A stretch of 64,000 nucleotides of DNA from Opitutales bacterium (GTDB lineage Bacteria; Verrucomicrobiota; Verrucomicrobiia; Opitutales; UBA2987): NCBI GenBank assembly GCA_965226885.1, contig CBDDEL010000015.1, positions 224,001 through 288,000 on the forward strand, given 5' to 3'. The translations under genes and the position numbers were made by a program. This document shows, piece by piece, positions 9,606-19,913 of the stretch. Numbering within the stretch: the first letter of the stretch is position 1; each line of letters opens with the position of its first letter. The notes beneath the pieces are model-generated. The model searched no databases. It was not told the DNA's origin and saw only the letters and a program-made list of their open reading frames with translations.

Positions 9606-10217
9606 ATGTTAAGCCTGAAATTGTTCACTGAACACCGGATTGCGTTCTCCCGGCTATTGATCTTGTTGTGGATCACCCTCTTATTATTTTCCCATCACAA
9701 ATGGAGTGAAGGCGGGCTGATGGACAGCTCAATGACTTGGCTGGCGGTTATCCTGCTCGGGCTTGCCATGCTGGGGCGCATATGGTGCTCCATTTATATT
9801 AGCGGTTATAAAAACCGGGAACTGGTGCATCACGGACCTTATTCTATTTGCCGGCACCCTCTTTATTTTTTCACTTTTCTGGGAGTGATGGGCATAGGGC
9901 TTACCACGGAGAGCATGATGTTGACGATGCTTCTCGCGCTATTCTACTGGCTATATTATCCGGCCGTGATGAAGGAAGAAGAGGTTGCCCTGACCACACT
10001 CTTTGGCAAACATTATACCAGTTATTGCCGAAAAACCCCTCGGTTTTTTCCTAACCTGAGGCGGTTTCGTCAAGCCGATCCATTTTTGGTGAAACCCGCC
10101 CTGTTGCAAAGGCGTTTGTGGGAATCATTCTGGTTTCTGATCGCATTCCCCATTGCCGGAATCATCGAGTATATGCACCTGCACGGCTTTTTGCCAATTT
10201 TGTTTTTGAGCTATTGA
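9606..10217 (+). CDS. Isoprenylcysteine carboxylmethyltransferase/PEMT-family membrane methyltransferase
   Basis: LVHHGPYSICRHPLY and EE..L...FG..Y..Y....PRF motifs. Several TM segments. Confidence 0.85.
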   Translation: MLSLKLFTEHRIAFSRLLILLWITLLLFSHHKWSEGGLMDSSMTWLAVILLGLAMLGRIWCSIYISGYKNRELVHHGPYSICRHPLYFFTFLGVMGIGLTTESMMLTMLLALFYWLYYPAVMKEEEVALTTLFGKHYTSYCRKTPRFFPNLRRFRQADPFLVKPALLQRRLWESFWFLIAFPIAGIIEYMHLHGFLPILFLSY

Positions 10218-10269
10218 AATCTAAAAAGGCCGTCCCGCCACCGGGCTATATAGCTCAAGTAAATTCCAA

Positions 10270-11250
10270 TCAGCACACGAGGCTGCCGAAATCATCCACC
10301 TGGCCGGTGAATCCGCCCGGCGCTCCCTTGTTCATAACGGCCACCGCATCGTGTGAATGGAGCGACTCCAGATGCGCGCATGCGATCTGGAAGTCAACTA
10401 TACGGTCATCGCCCTGAAGCTGTTCGTAAACCAGCCGCACGGCGTCCTCCACAAATTTGGGCTGCTCGCCGTTCATTTCGGCAAAAGCCTGCTCGTCGTC
10501 CCTCCGGACCATGACCTGGGTTTCTGTCGGCAATGCCTTCCGGCAATGGCGCAAAAGGTCCTCGATGCAGAGCAATGCACCGGGCCTGACTTCCACGCTG
10601 AGGCGCGCTTTGCTTCTTTGCGAATGCGGAATGGCATAGACATTGCGCGTCTGGCGGGAATGTTCCGCCAATTCGGATGAGGATGGACAGGCCGACGAAT
10701 AAACAAAGTCGAAATGGAGGCGTTTGCGAAAGCGGTCCAGATCGTCAAGAATCCCCTCGTAAACCACCTCGTAATATTGATAGCCCTCAAGATTGCTGCG
10801 CAGGCTTTTCTGCAATACTGGATAAGAAAAGGAGAGCCGCACACAGGCCCGGCTGCTGCCGATGTCCGCTTTGTAACGCAGGAGTATTTCCTCCAGTAGT
10901 TCTAGGGTAAATACGCGGTCCTTGAAAACGTAAAAAGTCCGTATAATGCGGGACATGTTGATGCCCTTGGTTTCCGCCGCCACGGACACCGAGCCAGTCA
11001 CCGAAACTTCAATTTTCAAAGTCTCATTTTTCTCTGTGAGGATACTCAAGGGCTGCCGAAAATTGGATATGCCGGTCTGCAAAATGGGCACATTGGCCCC
11101 CCTGATCTCCGTCGAGGGAGCATTCTGCACATCGGGCAGGCTGTGGCGGTATTGTTCGGTAGCCATCAACTTCTGCTCCTCATTAGGCAACTGCGATTTG
11201 CTTTCTCCAGACGGATTGATGGCAAACGGACTCTTTTGTGAATCTTTCAT
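10270..11250 (-). CDS. folE2: GTP cyclohydrolase IB (FolE2)
   Basis: [28 protein letters not shown] and [10 protein letters not shown] motifs. Confidence 0.92.
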   Translation of the reverse strand: MKDSQKSPFAINPSGESKSQLPNEEQKLMATEQYRHSLPDVQNAPSTEIRGANVPILQTGISNFRQPLSILTEKNETLKIEVSVTGSVSVAAETKGINMSRIIRTFYVFKDRVFTLELLEEILLRYKADIGSSRACVRLSFSYPVLQKSLRSNLEGYQYYEVVYEGILDDLDRFRKRLHFDFVYSSACPSSSELAEHSRQTRNVYAIPHSQRSKARLSVEVRPGALLCIEDLLRHCRKALPTETQVMVRRDDEQAFAEMNGEQPKFVEDAVRLVYEQLQGDDRIVDFQIACAHLESLHSHDAVAVMNKGAPGGFTGQVDDFGSLVC

Positions 11251-11404
11251 AATATATGATATATAGGAACGTCAAATTACCGAAAAATTTCCAAATAGCA
11301 AGTTTTGGTATGATCCATAAATTGACGATTTTTAGAAATGATCGAAGAAATTAAAAAAACATTTGCCCCCGGCTACACCCCTGATTAATTGGTGGACCCC
11401 GAAG

Positions 11405-12214
11405 ATGGCTATACAATTTCAAATCCTGGGTAGCAGCAGTTCCGGCAACTGCGCCCTTTTGATGACCGAGAACTGCAAAATTCTCATCGATGCCGGTTTT
11501 TCCTGCCGTCAACTAGGCGCTCTTCTGGATTCCTGCGGCCAATCGATGGATCAAATCGATGCTATTTTCCTCACCCACGAGCACACCGATCATTGCAAAG
11601 GCATCGGCGGACTCAACCGGCATGGCCCCCGCAAAGTTTTTGCCAATCACGGAACGGCCAGCGCGGTACAATGTAAACTGGCCTGGCGAGTGGGATGGAA
11701 TTTATTCGAAACCGGCAGTGCGTTTCGCTTCCGGGACCTCGAGGTAACGGCCTTTTCCGTGCCCCACGATGCCTCCGATCCGGTCGGTTATCTCTTTCGC
11801 CAATGCCGGGAGGAGGGCGATCCATCGGGCGGAAGCGTCGCCTGGTGCACCGACCTCGGGCACCTCTCCCATCTCGTCAAGGAGCGGCTACGCAATGCCC
11901 AAATCCTCGTCCTCGAAGCCAACTACGAAACCCGTCTGCTGGACGAAGATCCGCGGCGGCCCTGGTCCGTCAAGCAACGTATAAAAAGCCGCCACGGCCA
12001 CCTCTCCAACGACGCCACCCTCGAATACCTGAAAAGCGCGGAAGACACCGCTTGGCAAAAAGTTTACCTCGCCCACCTGAGCAAAGACTGCAACCAGGTA
12101 AACCTCCTGCAAAACCGCTTGGCGGACTACCCCCTCCGCCAAAAAAACGGAAACCCCCTTGATATAACCGTCGTCGATCCAGCCAACGGCCTCATGCCCC
12201 CCTGCCGAGTTTAA
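11405..12214 (+). CDS. MBL-fold metallo-hydrolase (YycJ/WalJ-like)
   Basis: LGSSSSGN, THEHTDH, VPHDA, GHLSN and LAHLS motifs. Confidence 0.9.
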   Translation: MAIQFQILGSSSSGNCALLMTENCKILIDAGFSCRQLGALLDSCGQSMDQIDAIFLTHEHTDHCKGIGGLNRHGPRKVFANHGTASAVQCKLAWRVGWNLFETGSAFRFRDLEVTAFSVPHDASDPVGYLFRQCREEGDPSGGSVAWCTDLGHLSHLVKERLRNAQILVLEANYETRLLDEDPRRPWSVKQRIKSRHGHLSNDATLEYLKSAEDTAWQKVYLAHLSKDCNQVNLLQNRLADYPLRQKNGNPLDITVVDPANGLMPPCRV

Positions 12215-12257
12215 ATACCTGTGAGTGGGGTTTAAGGGTTTATTTTCAAATAAATAT

Positions 12258-12290
12258 TTGACGAGGCCAAATTGTACATTATTTTGTACG
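12258..12290 (+). promoter_or_regulatory. Putative yefM-yoeB promoter/operator
   Basis: TTGACG (12258-12263), TATTTT 16 nt later, overlapped by TGTACA (12273) and TGTACG (12285) at 12-bp spacing. Confidence 0.6.
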
Positions 12291-12293
12291 CTT

Positions 12294-12545
12294 ATGAAAT
12301 CGATTACCTACACCGCCGCGCGGGAAAATCTGGCGCGGACGATCGATCGGGTTTGTGAGGACCGCGCCCCGGTGATCATTACCAAGAAGAACGACAAGTC
12401 GGTGGTGATGATGGCTTTGGAGGATTTTGAGTCTCTTGAGGAGACCGCCTATTTGCTGCGCAGTCCGAAGAACGCCCGAAGGCTTCTGGAATCGATTCAT
12501 AAACTCGAATTTGGCGAGGGCATGGAAAAAGATTTGGCCGAATGA
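12294..12545 (+). CDS. yefM: Phd/YefM antitoxin
   Basis: MKSITYTAARENLA...PVIIT...ETAYLLRSPKNARRL. Confidence 0.93.
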   Translation: MKSITYTAARENLARTIDRVCEDRAPVIITKKNDKSVVMMALEDFESLEETAYLLRSPKNARRLLESIHKLEFGEGMEKDLAE

Positions 12546-12546
12546 G

Positions 12547-12801
12547 GTGAAAATCGTCTTCTCCGAACTATCCTGGGAGGATTACCTGCATTGGCAAAAA
12601 ACCAATCGGTCAACCTTGCGCCGCATCAATCGGCTTATCAAAGCAATAACGCGGGATCCGCATGAGGGAATCGGCAAACCCGAATCGCTCAAGCATGCCC
12701 TCTCCGGTTACTGGTCGAGACGGATCGACTGGGAGCACAGGATCGTTTACCGAGTCGCAGGAGACAGGCTCTACATCGCCCAGCTTCGCTATCACTACTA
12801 G
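12547..12801 (+). CDS. yoeB: Txe/YoeB toxin
   Basis: GTG start. WEDYLHWQ, GIGKPE.LK, WSRRI..EHRIVY and C-terminal RYHY motifs. Confidence 0.93.
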   Translation: MKIVFSELSWEDYLHWQKTNRSTLRRINRLIKAITRDPHEGIGKPESLKHALSGYWSRRIDWEHRIVYRVAGDRLYIAQLRYHY

Positions 12802-12829
12802 CTTTGGAGCCTGGAGATGCCTCTGTCGC

Positions 12830-13453
12830 TTATTCCGCTACGGCGATGAGTTTGCCCATGTAGGCTTCGGCCCGGGTGAGGCTTTGCAGGTCGTCCACGT
12901 CTTCCAAGGTGGGCAAGATTTTGACCGTCAAGCCCTTCTCTTTAATTCTTTCCAGAGTGACGGGAAAAACGGTTTCGGTACTCCAGGCGATGTCTTCGAA
13001 TAGCCTTGGTTCCGGCCGGTTCAACCCCAGCAGGTAATAACCGCCATCCACCGCCGGGCCGATGACGACTTCGTGCTTTTCGAGTTCCCCGGCGGCCATA
13101 TGGATAAGGTCCGGCGTGACATAGGGGCAGTCCCCGCCCAGAATGATTGCCGAATGGGTCCCTCGTGCGAATGCGTCTTGGGCTGCTTTGGCCATGCGGT
13201 GGCCGAGATCGCCTTCGGGCTGGGGGAAATAGGGGTGGTCCGGCCCCAGCCAGGAATGCATGATGTCCTCGGCCTCAAGGGGCGTGTAATGAATCTCGAA
13301 CGGCCAGCGGGCAGCCAGATTGTCAAAGAGGTGTTCGACCATGGCCCGATAGGCGGCCAGGGCACGCACTTCTCCGATGTCTTCGGCAAGCCGGGTTTTC
13401 ACCCGGCCGACAACGGGTGCCTTTAGGATGAAAAGCAATCTCGGTTTTGGCAT
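12830..13453 (-). CDS. DUF2064/TIGR04282-type glycosyltransferase-like protein
   Basis: KAP..GRVKTRL, Q..GDLG.RM, GGDCP, GPA.DGGYYLLG and LEDVD motifs. Confidence 0.85.
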   Translation of the reverse strand: MPKPRLLFILKAPVVGRVKTRLAEDIGEVRALAAYRAMVEHLFDNLAARWPFEIHYTPLEAEDIMHSWLGPDHPYFPQPEGDLGHRMAKAAQDAFARGTHSAIILGGDCPYVTPDLIHMAAGELEKHEVVIGPAVDGGYYLLGLNRPEPRLFEDIAWSTETVFPVTLERIKEKGLTVKILPTLEDVDDLQSLTRAEAYMGKLIAVAE

Positions 13454-13527
13454 TTTTAAGGATTTAACACAAATCATTCATAAACAAAGAACATCGGGAA
13501 ATTTATTTTATTCCAAATGACACAATA

Positions 13528-14688
13528 TCAGTCGACCCGAAGGTAGCATCCTTTCAAATATTCGCTCTCTGGCATAGTCAACAACACCGGGTGATCGGCT
13601 GGCTGGCCGGTCTGGGCAATGACCTCCACGCGGCGTCCGGCGTCCCCCGCTGCCTGGGCCAAAACCTCCCTAAACAAGGCCCGGTCCACATGGAGGGAGC
13701 AGGAATAGGTGGCCAGAATCCCTCCCGGCTCAAGCATCCGCAAGGCCCGCAGGTTGATTTCCTTGTATCCGCGCAAGGCACCCTCGACCGCCCTGCGATT
13801 GCGGGCGAAAGAGGGAGGGTCGAGGATGATGAGCCCATATTTTTCCTTCCGACGCGCAGTGAAATAGTCGAACAAGTTTTCTTGCACAAAATCCACTTTG
13901 AGGCCATTCCGAACGGCATTCTTATTAGCCAGAGCGACACACTCCGCGGAAATTTCCACCGCCGTGACCGATGCCGCTCCGACCCGCGCGCAATGCAATG
14001 CGAAGGACCCCTGGTTGCAAAAGCCATCGAGCACGTTTCGGCCCTTGGCAAAACTCGCCACTTTTGTGTGCTCTTCCCTTTGGTCGAGGTAAAAGCCCGT
14101 TTTCTGGCCCTTTTGCAGGTCGAGGAAATATTCCATGCCCTCAATGGCAAACCATCCGGGGGACAAATCCCGGCCATCGGCTGTTTTCACTTCCAGGGAA
14201 AGCCCCTCGTGCTGGCGAGTAGGGGCATCGTTACGAAACAGTATCGTTTCGGGCTTTAGCAGGTCTGACAAAATTTCACTAATTACTGGCAGCCGCTGAT
14301 CCACTGCCAGGGTGACGGCTTGAACCACCAGCACTTTATCGAACTGGTCCACAATCAGACCCGGAAGGTCATCGGCCTCCGACCAGACGAGACGACGAAA
14401 AGAGCCATCCGGGCGGCGGCTGACCGCTTTATTAATGGTTCTTTGCAGAAATTCCCGATCAAAAACAGCCCTCGAATCCCGGCTGAACCGGCGCCACACG
14501 ATTTGTGACTGGCTGTTGTAAATGCCGACGCCGAGAAACCGGCCCCGCTCATCTTTCAAGACAACGGACTGGCCATCGAATTCGGGATTGGGTTGGGAGC
14601 GGATTTCACCGGCAAATACCCAGGGATGCCCTTGCCATATTCGCTGACGCCGACCGCTTTTGAGCGTAATTTGAGATGTGTTTTTCAT
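13528..14688 (-). CDS. rlmI: RlmI/YwbD-family class I SAM-dependent rRNA methyltransferase
   Basis: PUA-domain GHPWVF, SEADDLPGLIVD, GQKTGFYLDQR, ILDPPSF and EYLKG motifs. Confidence 0.85.
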   Translation of the reverse strand: MKNTSQITLKSGRRQRIWQGHPWVFAGEIRSQPNPEFDGQSVVLKDERGRFLGVGIYNSQSQIVWRRFSRDSRAVFDREFLQRTINKAVSRRPDGSFRRLVWSEADDLPGLIVDQFDKVLVVQAVTLAVDQRLPVISEILSDLLKPETILFRNDAPTRQHEGLSLEVKTADGRDLSPGWFAIEGMEYFLDLQKGQKTGFYLDQREEHTKVASFAKGRNVLDGFCNQGSFALHCARVGAASVTAVEISAECVALANKNAVRNGLKVDFVQENLFDYFTARRKEKYGLIILDPPSFARNRRAVEGALRGYKEINLRALRMLEPGGILATYSCSLHVDRALFREVLAQAAGDAGRRVEVIAQTGQPADHPVLLTMPESEYLKGCYLRVD

Positions 14689-14728
14689 TAAAAATGTTTT
14701 TTAGGACTATTTGTTGCCTTGCCAAGAA

Positions 14729-15841
14729 TTAAATGGCCTTGCGGTGCAGCCAGAGGGCCAGAAGGAGCATGGCCCCGATCGGCAGCCAGGCGGCCGCCAA
14801 GGGGGCCAGTAGTCCGCGTTCTCCCATAATCGTGCACAAGGTGGAGCCGAGGTAATAAAGGAAAAAGAGTCCGAAAGACTTGGCCACCCCAATCATGGCG
14901 TTGACGCGCACCCCGGAAACGGCGAACGGCGCCGCCAACCCGACCACGATCAAGGCGCTGAAGGGATTGGCCAATATGCCGTTGTAACGCACCTCGTAAG
15001 CGCGCAGGCGCGGATCGTCGCCCGCCGACAATTTATCCAAGACTCTCCTCAATTCGAAAAAGGAGAGATCCTTGGGCCGTTTTTCGAGAGCTTTCATGAG
15101 ATTGGGGTCTTCCTGGAAAGCAGGTTCAATTTTGCGATCGAAGGGCAGGGAGCGAATGGGGTCGGAGCCGTCCTTTCCAAAGGTGATCTCCCTGCCATTG
15201 AGAAAAACCCAATGCCCCTCAATATCGTCGAAAAACCCCTCACCAGCCACCAGCCGGGCAGTCTCCCGATTACGCTCATCGAAGGTTGAAACCGTAATGC
15301 CGTAACCCTGGTAGGTGTATTCGCTGAAACGGTTCATGAACCACAGCCGCCGCTCCTGTCGATTGTGGAAGGCGAGGTTGTGAATCAGCCCGACTTGATC
15401 CTCCGGCTGTTCGGAAAGCTGGCTGGAAAATTCCAGGTTTTCCCGAAGCAGACGGGATTGCTCCACCGACCAGGGAACCAGGTGGGCGTTCAGGTAAAGC
15501 AGCAAACCGGTAAAACAGATGCCGGCCAGCCAAAGTGTGCGGGTAATGCGCAGTAGGCTCAGGCCACAGGAATGCATGGCGATAATCTCGTTTCCACTAT
15601 GAAGCCCGCCCAGGCTCATGAGAATGGAAACCAGCAAAGCCAGCGGCAAAACGGTGGGCAGGAAACTCGGTACGAGCAGCCAATAATAGCGGACGATCTC
15701 TCCCGGGCCGGCCCCGAAGCCGAGAAAGTCCGGCAAATCGTCATAGAGGTCTTCGAGCAGGAGCAGGCCAAGGGTCACTCCCAGGGCAAGGACAAAAGTT
15801 TTCAGCCATTCGCTGAGGATGTGGCGGTCGATAAGATTCAC
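14729..15841 (-). CDS. LptF/LptG (YjgP/YjgQ) LPS export permease
   Basis: IDRHIL start, NEIIAM...G.SL.RI, 3+3 TM layout around a periplasmic domain, LAAWLP end. Confidence 0.88.
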   Translation of the reverse strand: MNLIDRHILSEWLKTFVLALGVTLGLLLLEDLYDDLPDFLGFGAGPGEIVRYYWLLVPSFLPTVLPLALLVSILMSLGGLHSGNEIIAMHSCGLSLLRITRTLWLAGICFTGLLLYLNAHLVPWSVEQSRLLRENLEFSSQLSEQPEDQVGLIHNLAFHNRQERRLWFMNRFSEYTYQGYGITVSTFDERNRETARLVAGEGFFDDIEGHWVFLNGREITFGKDGSDPIRSLPFDRKIEPAFQEDPNLMKALEKRPKDLSFFELRRVLDKLSAGDDPRLRAYEVRYNGILANPFSALIVVGLAAPFAVSGVRVNAMIGVAKSFGLFFLYYLGSTLCTIMGERGLLAPLAAAWLPIGAMLLLALWLHRKAI

Positions 15842-15860
15842 AAAATACTATCTAGCTATG

Positions 15861-15894
15861 GGCATGGAGCAGGATGCGGCATGGAGCAGGATGC
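15861..15894. repeat. 17-bp tandem duplication GGCATGGAGCAGGATGC x2
   Basis: Read directly from the intergenic sequence. Confidence 0.95.
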
Positions 15895-15975
15895 GGTTAT
15901 AAGCGCAAAAGTGAAAACCTGGCGAGGTAATTTTTTGCTGGCCAACAGGTTGGGAGCCGCTTGAATGACGCCAGT

Positions 15976-17712
15976 ATGGCAAGAGTAAAGGAGTCCTGGA
16001 ATTCTCAATTCGGAGTCATTCTGGCGGTTTCAGGCAGCGCCGTGGGACTAGGGAATTTCCTTCGTTTCCCCGGCCAGGCGGCCCAATATGGGGGAGGGGC
16101 TTTTATGTTGGCCTACTTTGTCGCCTTTCTCCTCATCGGCCTACCCATTTGCTGGGCGGAGTGGACGATGGGTAGGCGGGCTGGTCGAAACGGTTTTAAT
16201 TCCTGCCCCGGCGTCTATGCTTACATTACCCGTCATCCGTTGGGGAAATACGTTGGGGGCTTGGGCATCGTCATACCCATCATTGTTTACGTTTACTATG
16301 TTTATATTGAGGCCTGGTGCCTAGGCTATGCGGTGAACTTCGCCCGCGGGGAGATGGCTTTCCCCACCGCCGCCGCGGCCGGAGAGTTTTGGGGCAATTT
16401 CATCGGTATTGCCAAAAATGGCTCCGCTTTGGGTTTCGGTATCAAAGAAGTGGGCGTTTACCTGTTATTGGCCTTTGCGCTCAATTTTTACTTGATTTAC
16501 CGGGGGTTGGCCAAGGGCATCGAACTTTTTTGCAAATTCGCCATGCCCACCCTCATCGTGCTGGCCTTTATCGTCCTGGTGCGAGTACTTACCCTGGGGT
16601 CGCCGGACCCGGCCAATCCCGGCAACAGCGTTTTCAATGGTCTGGGTTATATGTGGAATCCTTCCAAAATAGTCGTGCAGGAAGCGCGGGAAGATGCCAG
16701 CGGAAAGAGGGTATGGGTCAAAGTGGACGAGTTGATGGAGGCGGAAATCATCGCGGCGAAAAAAGCCGAGTTGGAGGGCTCGAAAGACAAACGTATCGTC
16801 ACAATCACGGTCTGGCGGCAATTGAAAAATCCGCAATTGTGGCTGGCCGCCGCCGGTCAGATATTTTTCTCCCTCTCGGTCGGTTTCGGCATCCTCATGA
16901 CCTACGCCAGTTATCTTAAAAAGACCGATGATGTGGTCCTCAGCGGGCTGACTGCTACCAGCACCAACGAACTTTGTGAAGTGGCCCTGGGCGGACTCAT
17001 TACGATACCGGCGGGATTCGCTTTTTTGGGAGTGGCCGGAGTGGCCGGCCAGAGTACCTTTGCCCTGGGTTTCAACGTGCTGCCGATGGTCTTTTACAAT
17101 ATGCCCGCGGGGCAGTTTTTCGGTTTTCTCTTTTTCTTCCTCTTGTTTTTGGCGGCGGTCACCAGTTCACTTTCCATGGTGCAGCCGGGCATCGCCTTTC
17201 TGGAGGAGGCCATGGATATTAACCGCAAACAATCGGTCGCTATTCTGGGAATCATCACCGCTTTCGGGACCGGTTTCGTGGTTTATTTCAGCGAAAACAT
17301 CAAGGCCCTCGACACCCTCGATTTTTGGGCCGGCACCTTTTTGATTTTTATTTTGGCCACCCTGCAGATCATCACCTTTGCCTGGATTCTGGGACTGGAT
17401 GAGGGCTTCAAGGAAGCCCATCAGGGCGCAGCCATACGCATCCCGCGAATTTACAGGGTGATTATGAAATATATCTGCCCTCTGTTCTTGCTGACCGTTT
17501 TTGTTCTTTGGGTGATCGTCAATGTATTCGGATACAGCTTTGAAACGGGGGAAGCCAACGTCAGCGGGTACATCAAGGATCTGGTGGGAAAAGACTCCGA
17601 CGTGGTTGCGCAAATGAGCATCGGTCTTATTTTGGCTGTGGCCGCCTTCGTGGCCATCATCATATCGCGAGTCAAACGTTATAAAGATATAATTTCGATA
17701 AAACAGCAATAA
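15976..17712 (+). CDS. Sodium-dependent NSS/SNF-family transporter
   Basis: GSAVGLGNFLRFP, YGGGAF, AAAGQIFFSLSVGFG and AAVTSS motifs. Confidence 0.93.
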   Translation: MARVKESWNSQFGVILAVSGSAVGLGNFLRFPGQAAQYGGGAFMLAYFVAFLLIGLPICWAEWTMGRRAGRNGFNSCPGVYAYITRHPLGKYVGGLGIVIPIIVYVYYVYIEAWCLGYAVNFARGEMAFPTAAAAGEFWGNFIGIAKNGSALGFGIKEVGVYLLLAFALNFYLIYRGLAKGIELFCKFAMPTLIVLAFIVLVRVLTLGSPDPANPGNSVFNGLGYMWNPSKIVVQEAREDASGKRVWVKVDELMEAEIIAAKKAELEGSKDKRIVTITVWRQLKNPQLWLAAAGQIFFSLSVGFGILMTYASYLKKTDDVVLSGLTATSTNELCEVALGGLITIPAGFAFLGVAGVAGQSTFALGFNVLPMVFYNMPAGQFFGFLFFFLLFLAAVTSSLSMVQPGIAFLEEAMDINRKQSVAILGIITAFGTGFVVYFSENIKALDTLDFWAGTFLIFILATLQIITFAWILGLDEGFKEAHQGAAIRIPRIYRVIMKYICPLFLLTVFVLWVIVNVFGYSFETGEANVSGYIKDLVGKDSDVVAQMSIGLILAVAAFVAIIISRVKRYKDIISIKQQ

Positions 17713-17727
17713 CGGGAGAAAAGAAAA

Positions 17728-17883
17728 ATGACATTGGGAGGCTGGATAATATTACTGACTTCGGTGACCTGCGTAACGGTTCTCTTTGTCTGGTGCGTTT
17801 ATAAGGTATTTTCCATTCCGGGTGAAACGGAACACATGTACGGTGTCGAGTTTCAAACCCCGGATGAAAAAGACGATGAGTAG
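17728..17883 (+). CDS. 51-aa single-TM small protein (MetS-like NSS accessory subunit candidate); absent from ORF track
   Basis: GGGAG RBS-like site upstream. Sequence MTLGGWIILLTSVTCVTVLFVWCVYKVFSIPGETEHMYGVEFQTPDEKDDE*. Confidence 0.7.
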   Translation: MTLGGWIILLTSVTCVTVLFVWCVYKVFSIPGETEHMYGVEFQTPDEKDDE

Positions 17884-17894
17884 CCCAGCCTGGA

Positions 17895-18584
17895 TCAGGC
17901 TCCATTGAGGAGGGCAAAAACCTCAGCTGTTTGAGTAAAATCGTCCAGCAATAAGGTAGGGTGGCAGGCGGCCAGTTTTTCCCTGCTGTGAAAACCGGTG
18001 GCCACGGCTATGGTGGAAGCCCCGATGGCCTTGCCGCACGAGATATCCCTGGTCGTGTCTCCAATCACATAGACCCTGGATGGCTGCGTTTCAAAATCGT
18101 GGTTATGGACCCGCCGCGCCCGTTCCAGGGCGATGGGCCCGAGTGCATTGCGGTCGGAGCTGTCCTCCCCGAACGCACCGAAGTCAAAGTAATGGTTCAG
18201 ATCAAAGCAATCGAGCTTGACCCGGGCCGCCTCGCTCAGATTTCCCGTCAATAAACCCTGAAAGATATTCGGGCGCCGGGCGGCTGTTTGCAAAAAGGAT
18301 TCCACCCCGTCATAGGTGTGAATTCTCCCCAGGCCCATTTCCGTTTTTAGGCGTTCAATGTAACGAGCGCCACATTTCCGGATATGATTTTCCGAATTTT
18401 CCACATTGTGCCGGGGAAGAAGCCATTCCAACAGTTGGCGGTCGGTGCACCCGGCTATCTCGAACCCATCAAAAGAAGCCTCCACCGCGAAGCAATCTTT
18501 CATGGCCTGGAGCATGGCCCTCCGGCCGGCCCCATCGGCATTGACGAGGGTTCCGTCAATATCCCAAAGAAGGAGTGAATTCAT
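17895..18584 (-). CDS. HAD-superfamily hydrolase
   Basis: LWDIDGTL, LLTGN and VIGDT..D motifs. Confidence 0.9.
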   Translation of the reverse strand: MNSLLLWDIDGTLVNADGAGRRAMLQAMKDCFAVEASFDGFEIAGCTDRQLLEWLLPRHNVENSENHIRKCGARYIERLKTEMGLGRIHTYDGVESFLQTAARRPNIFQGLLTGNLSEAARVKLDCFDLNHYFDFGAFGEDSSDRNALGPIALERARRVHNHDFETQPSRVYVIGDTTRDISCGKAIGASTIAVATGFHSREKLAACHPTLLLDDFTQTAEVFALLNGA

Positions 18585-18590
18585 TGTTTG

Positions 18591-19913
18591 TTAATCGATC
18601 ATTTCGAGGATGGTTCCTTCGACAAATTCGGCTCCGGCCCGGTCGAGCTTCACCCGGGCCCGGCGGTTGGTTAAATCTTTTGCCGAGGAGCAAACCACCC
18701 GGATGTAATTGCCGGTGTAGCCGGGCCAAAGACCGTCGCGCCGGTCCTCGAAGAGAACCTCCAGGGTCCGGCCCACATGCCTTTCATAATAATCATACCT
18801 TTTTTGAGCCCCCAAACGGCGCAGGTAAGCGCAGCGGCGGCGGCGTTCGGCCACAGGCACCTGCTCTGCCCGCTTGGCCGCAATGGTACCGTCTCTCTCC
18901 GAATACGGGAAAACATGGCAATAGGCTAAAGGGTTGTTGAGAAATGTGCGGCAAGTTTCTGCAAATTCCTCCTCTCCCTCGCCGGGAAACCCGACCAGGA
19001 TATCGGTCCCGATGCACAGGTCCGGCACAGTTTCAGCGGCTTGTGCAATAAATTCCGTGAATTCCTCCACCGTGTATTTGCGTCTCATTTGCCGCAGTAC
19101 CTTGTTGCAGCCGCTTTGCAATGGGATATGCAGGTAAGGAAGCAAGGCATGGTGCGACGAGCCCATCCGCTCGAAAAGCGCGGTCGGGATAGTGGTCGGC
19201 TCGATGCTGCTGATGCGGATACGCTCAATGCCCTCAATGGCATCCAGGCGGTCAACCAGGGAAACGATGTCCTGCCCATGGCTGGAATAGGTGCCTATAT
19301 TGACTCCGGTGAGCACAATCTCCCTGACTCCCCGCGCGCCCAGAGATTGAGCCTCGGCCAGAAGGTTGTGGCAATCCCGGCTGCGGGCGCGGCCCCGGGC
19401 AAAGGGTATGACGCAGAAGGAGCACATAAAATCGCAACCGTCCTGGATTTTAAGGTTGGCCCTCTTGTTGAATGGCTGATCGCCGACGAACGAGATGGAA
19501 AAATCGCCGCGGTCGATACGCTCGCGCACGATGACCGGCCGTTCGTTTTTACCAAATTCCACATAATCGAGCACACTGAGCTTTTCCTGGTTGCCGATGA
19601 TGAGGTCCACCCCCGGAATTTCGGCAATGGCGCGGGCTCCCATTTGGGAATAACAGCCCACCACGGCGGTGAAGGCTTGAGGGTTGCGCCGGATGAATTG
19701 GCGGATGGCCTGCCGGCACTTGGCCTCGGCCTCTCGGGTGACGGTGCAGGTGTTGATGATGCCCAAATCGGCCCACTCCCCGAAGGGCGCCATGTCATAA
19801 CCGGCCCCGGCCAGTTTTTCCCGAATCAACTGGCTTTCGGACTGGTTCAACCGGCAACCCAGGGTATGTACAGAGGCCCGCCGGGTTCGGATCTGGGTCA
19901 AATTAGAAACCAT
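18591..19913 (-). CDS. mtaB: tRNA t6A37 methylthiotransferase MtaB
   Basis: TLGCRLNQ.ES, INTCTVT, QDGCDFMCSFC radical-SAM motif, HVFPYS and G.TGNY. Confidence 0.9.
   Translation of the reverse strand: MVSNLTQIRTRRASVHTLGCRLNQSESQLIREKLAGAGYDMAPFGEWADLGIINTCTVTREAEAKCRQAIRQFIRRNPQAFTAVVGCYSQMGARAIAEIPGVDLIIGNQEKLSVLDYVEFGKNERPVIVRERIDRGDFSISFVGDQPFNKRANLKIQDGCDFMCSFCVIPFARGRARSRDCHNLLAEAQSLGARGVREIVLTGVNIGTYSSHGQDIVSLVDRLDAIEGIERIRISSIEPTTIPTALFERMGSSHHALLPYLHIPLQSGCNKVLRQMRRKYTVEEFTEFIAQAAETVPDLCIGTDILVGFPGEGEEEFAETCRTFLNNPLAYCHVFPYSERDGTIAAKRAEQVPVAERRRRCAYLRRLGAQKRYDYYERHVGRTLEVLFEDRRDGLWPGYTGNYIRVVCSSAKDLTNRRARVKLDRAGAEFVEGTILEMID

Noticed and set aside
12830..13453. Arsenosugar/arsenic pathway from DUF2064 plus arsC
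   Set aside because: The genes are 28 kb apart, and no arsM, arsS radical SAM, arsR or efflux partner is linked.
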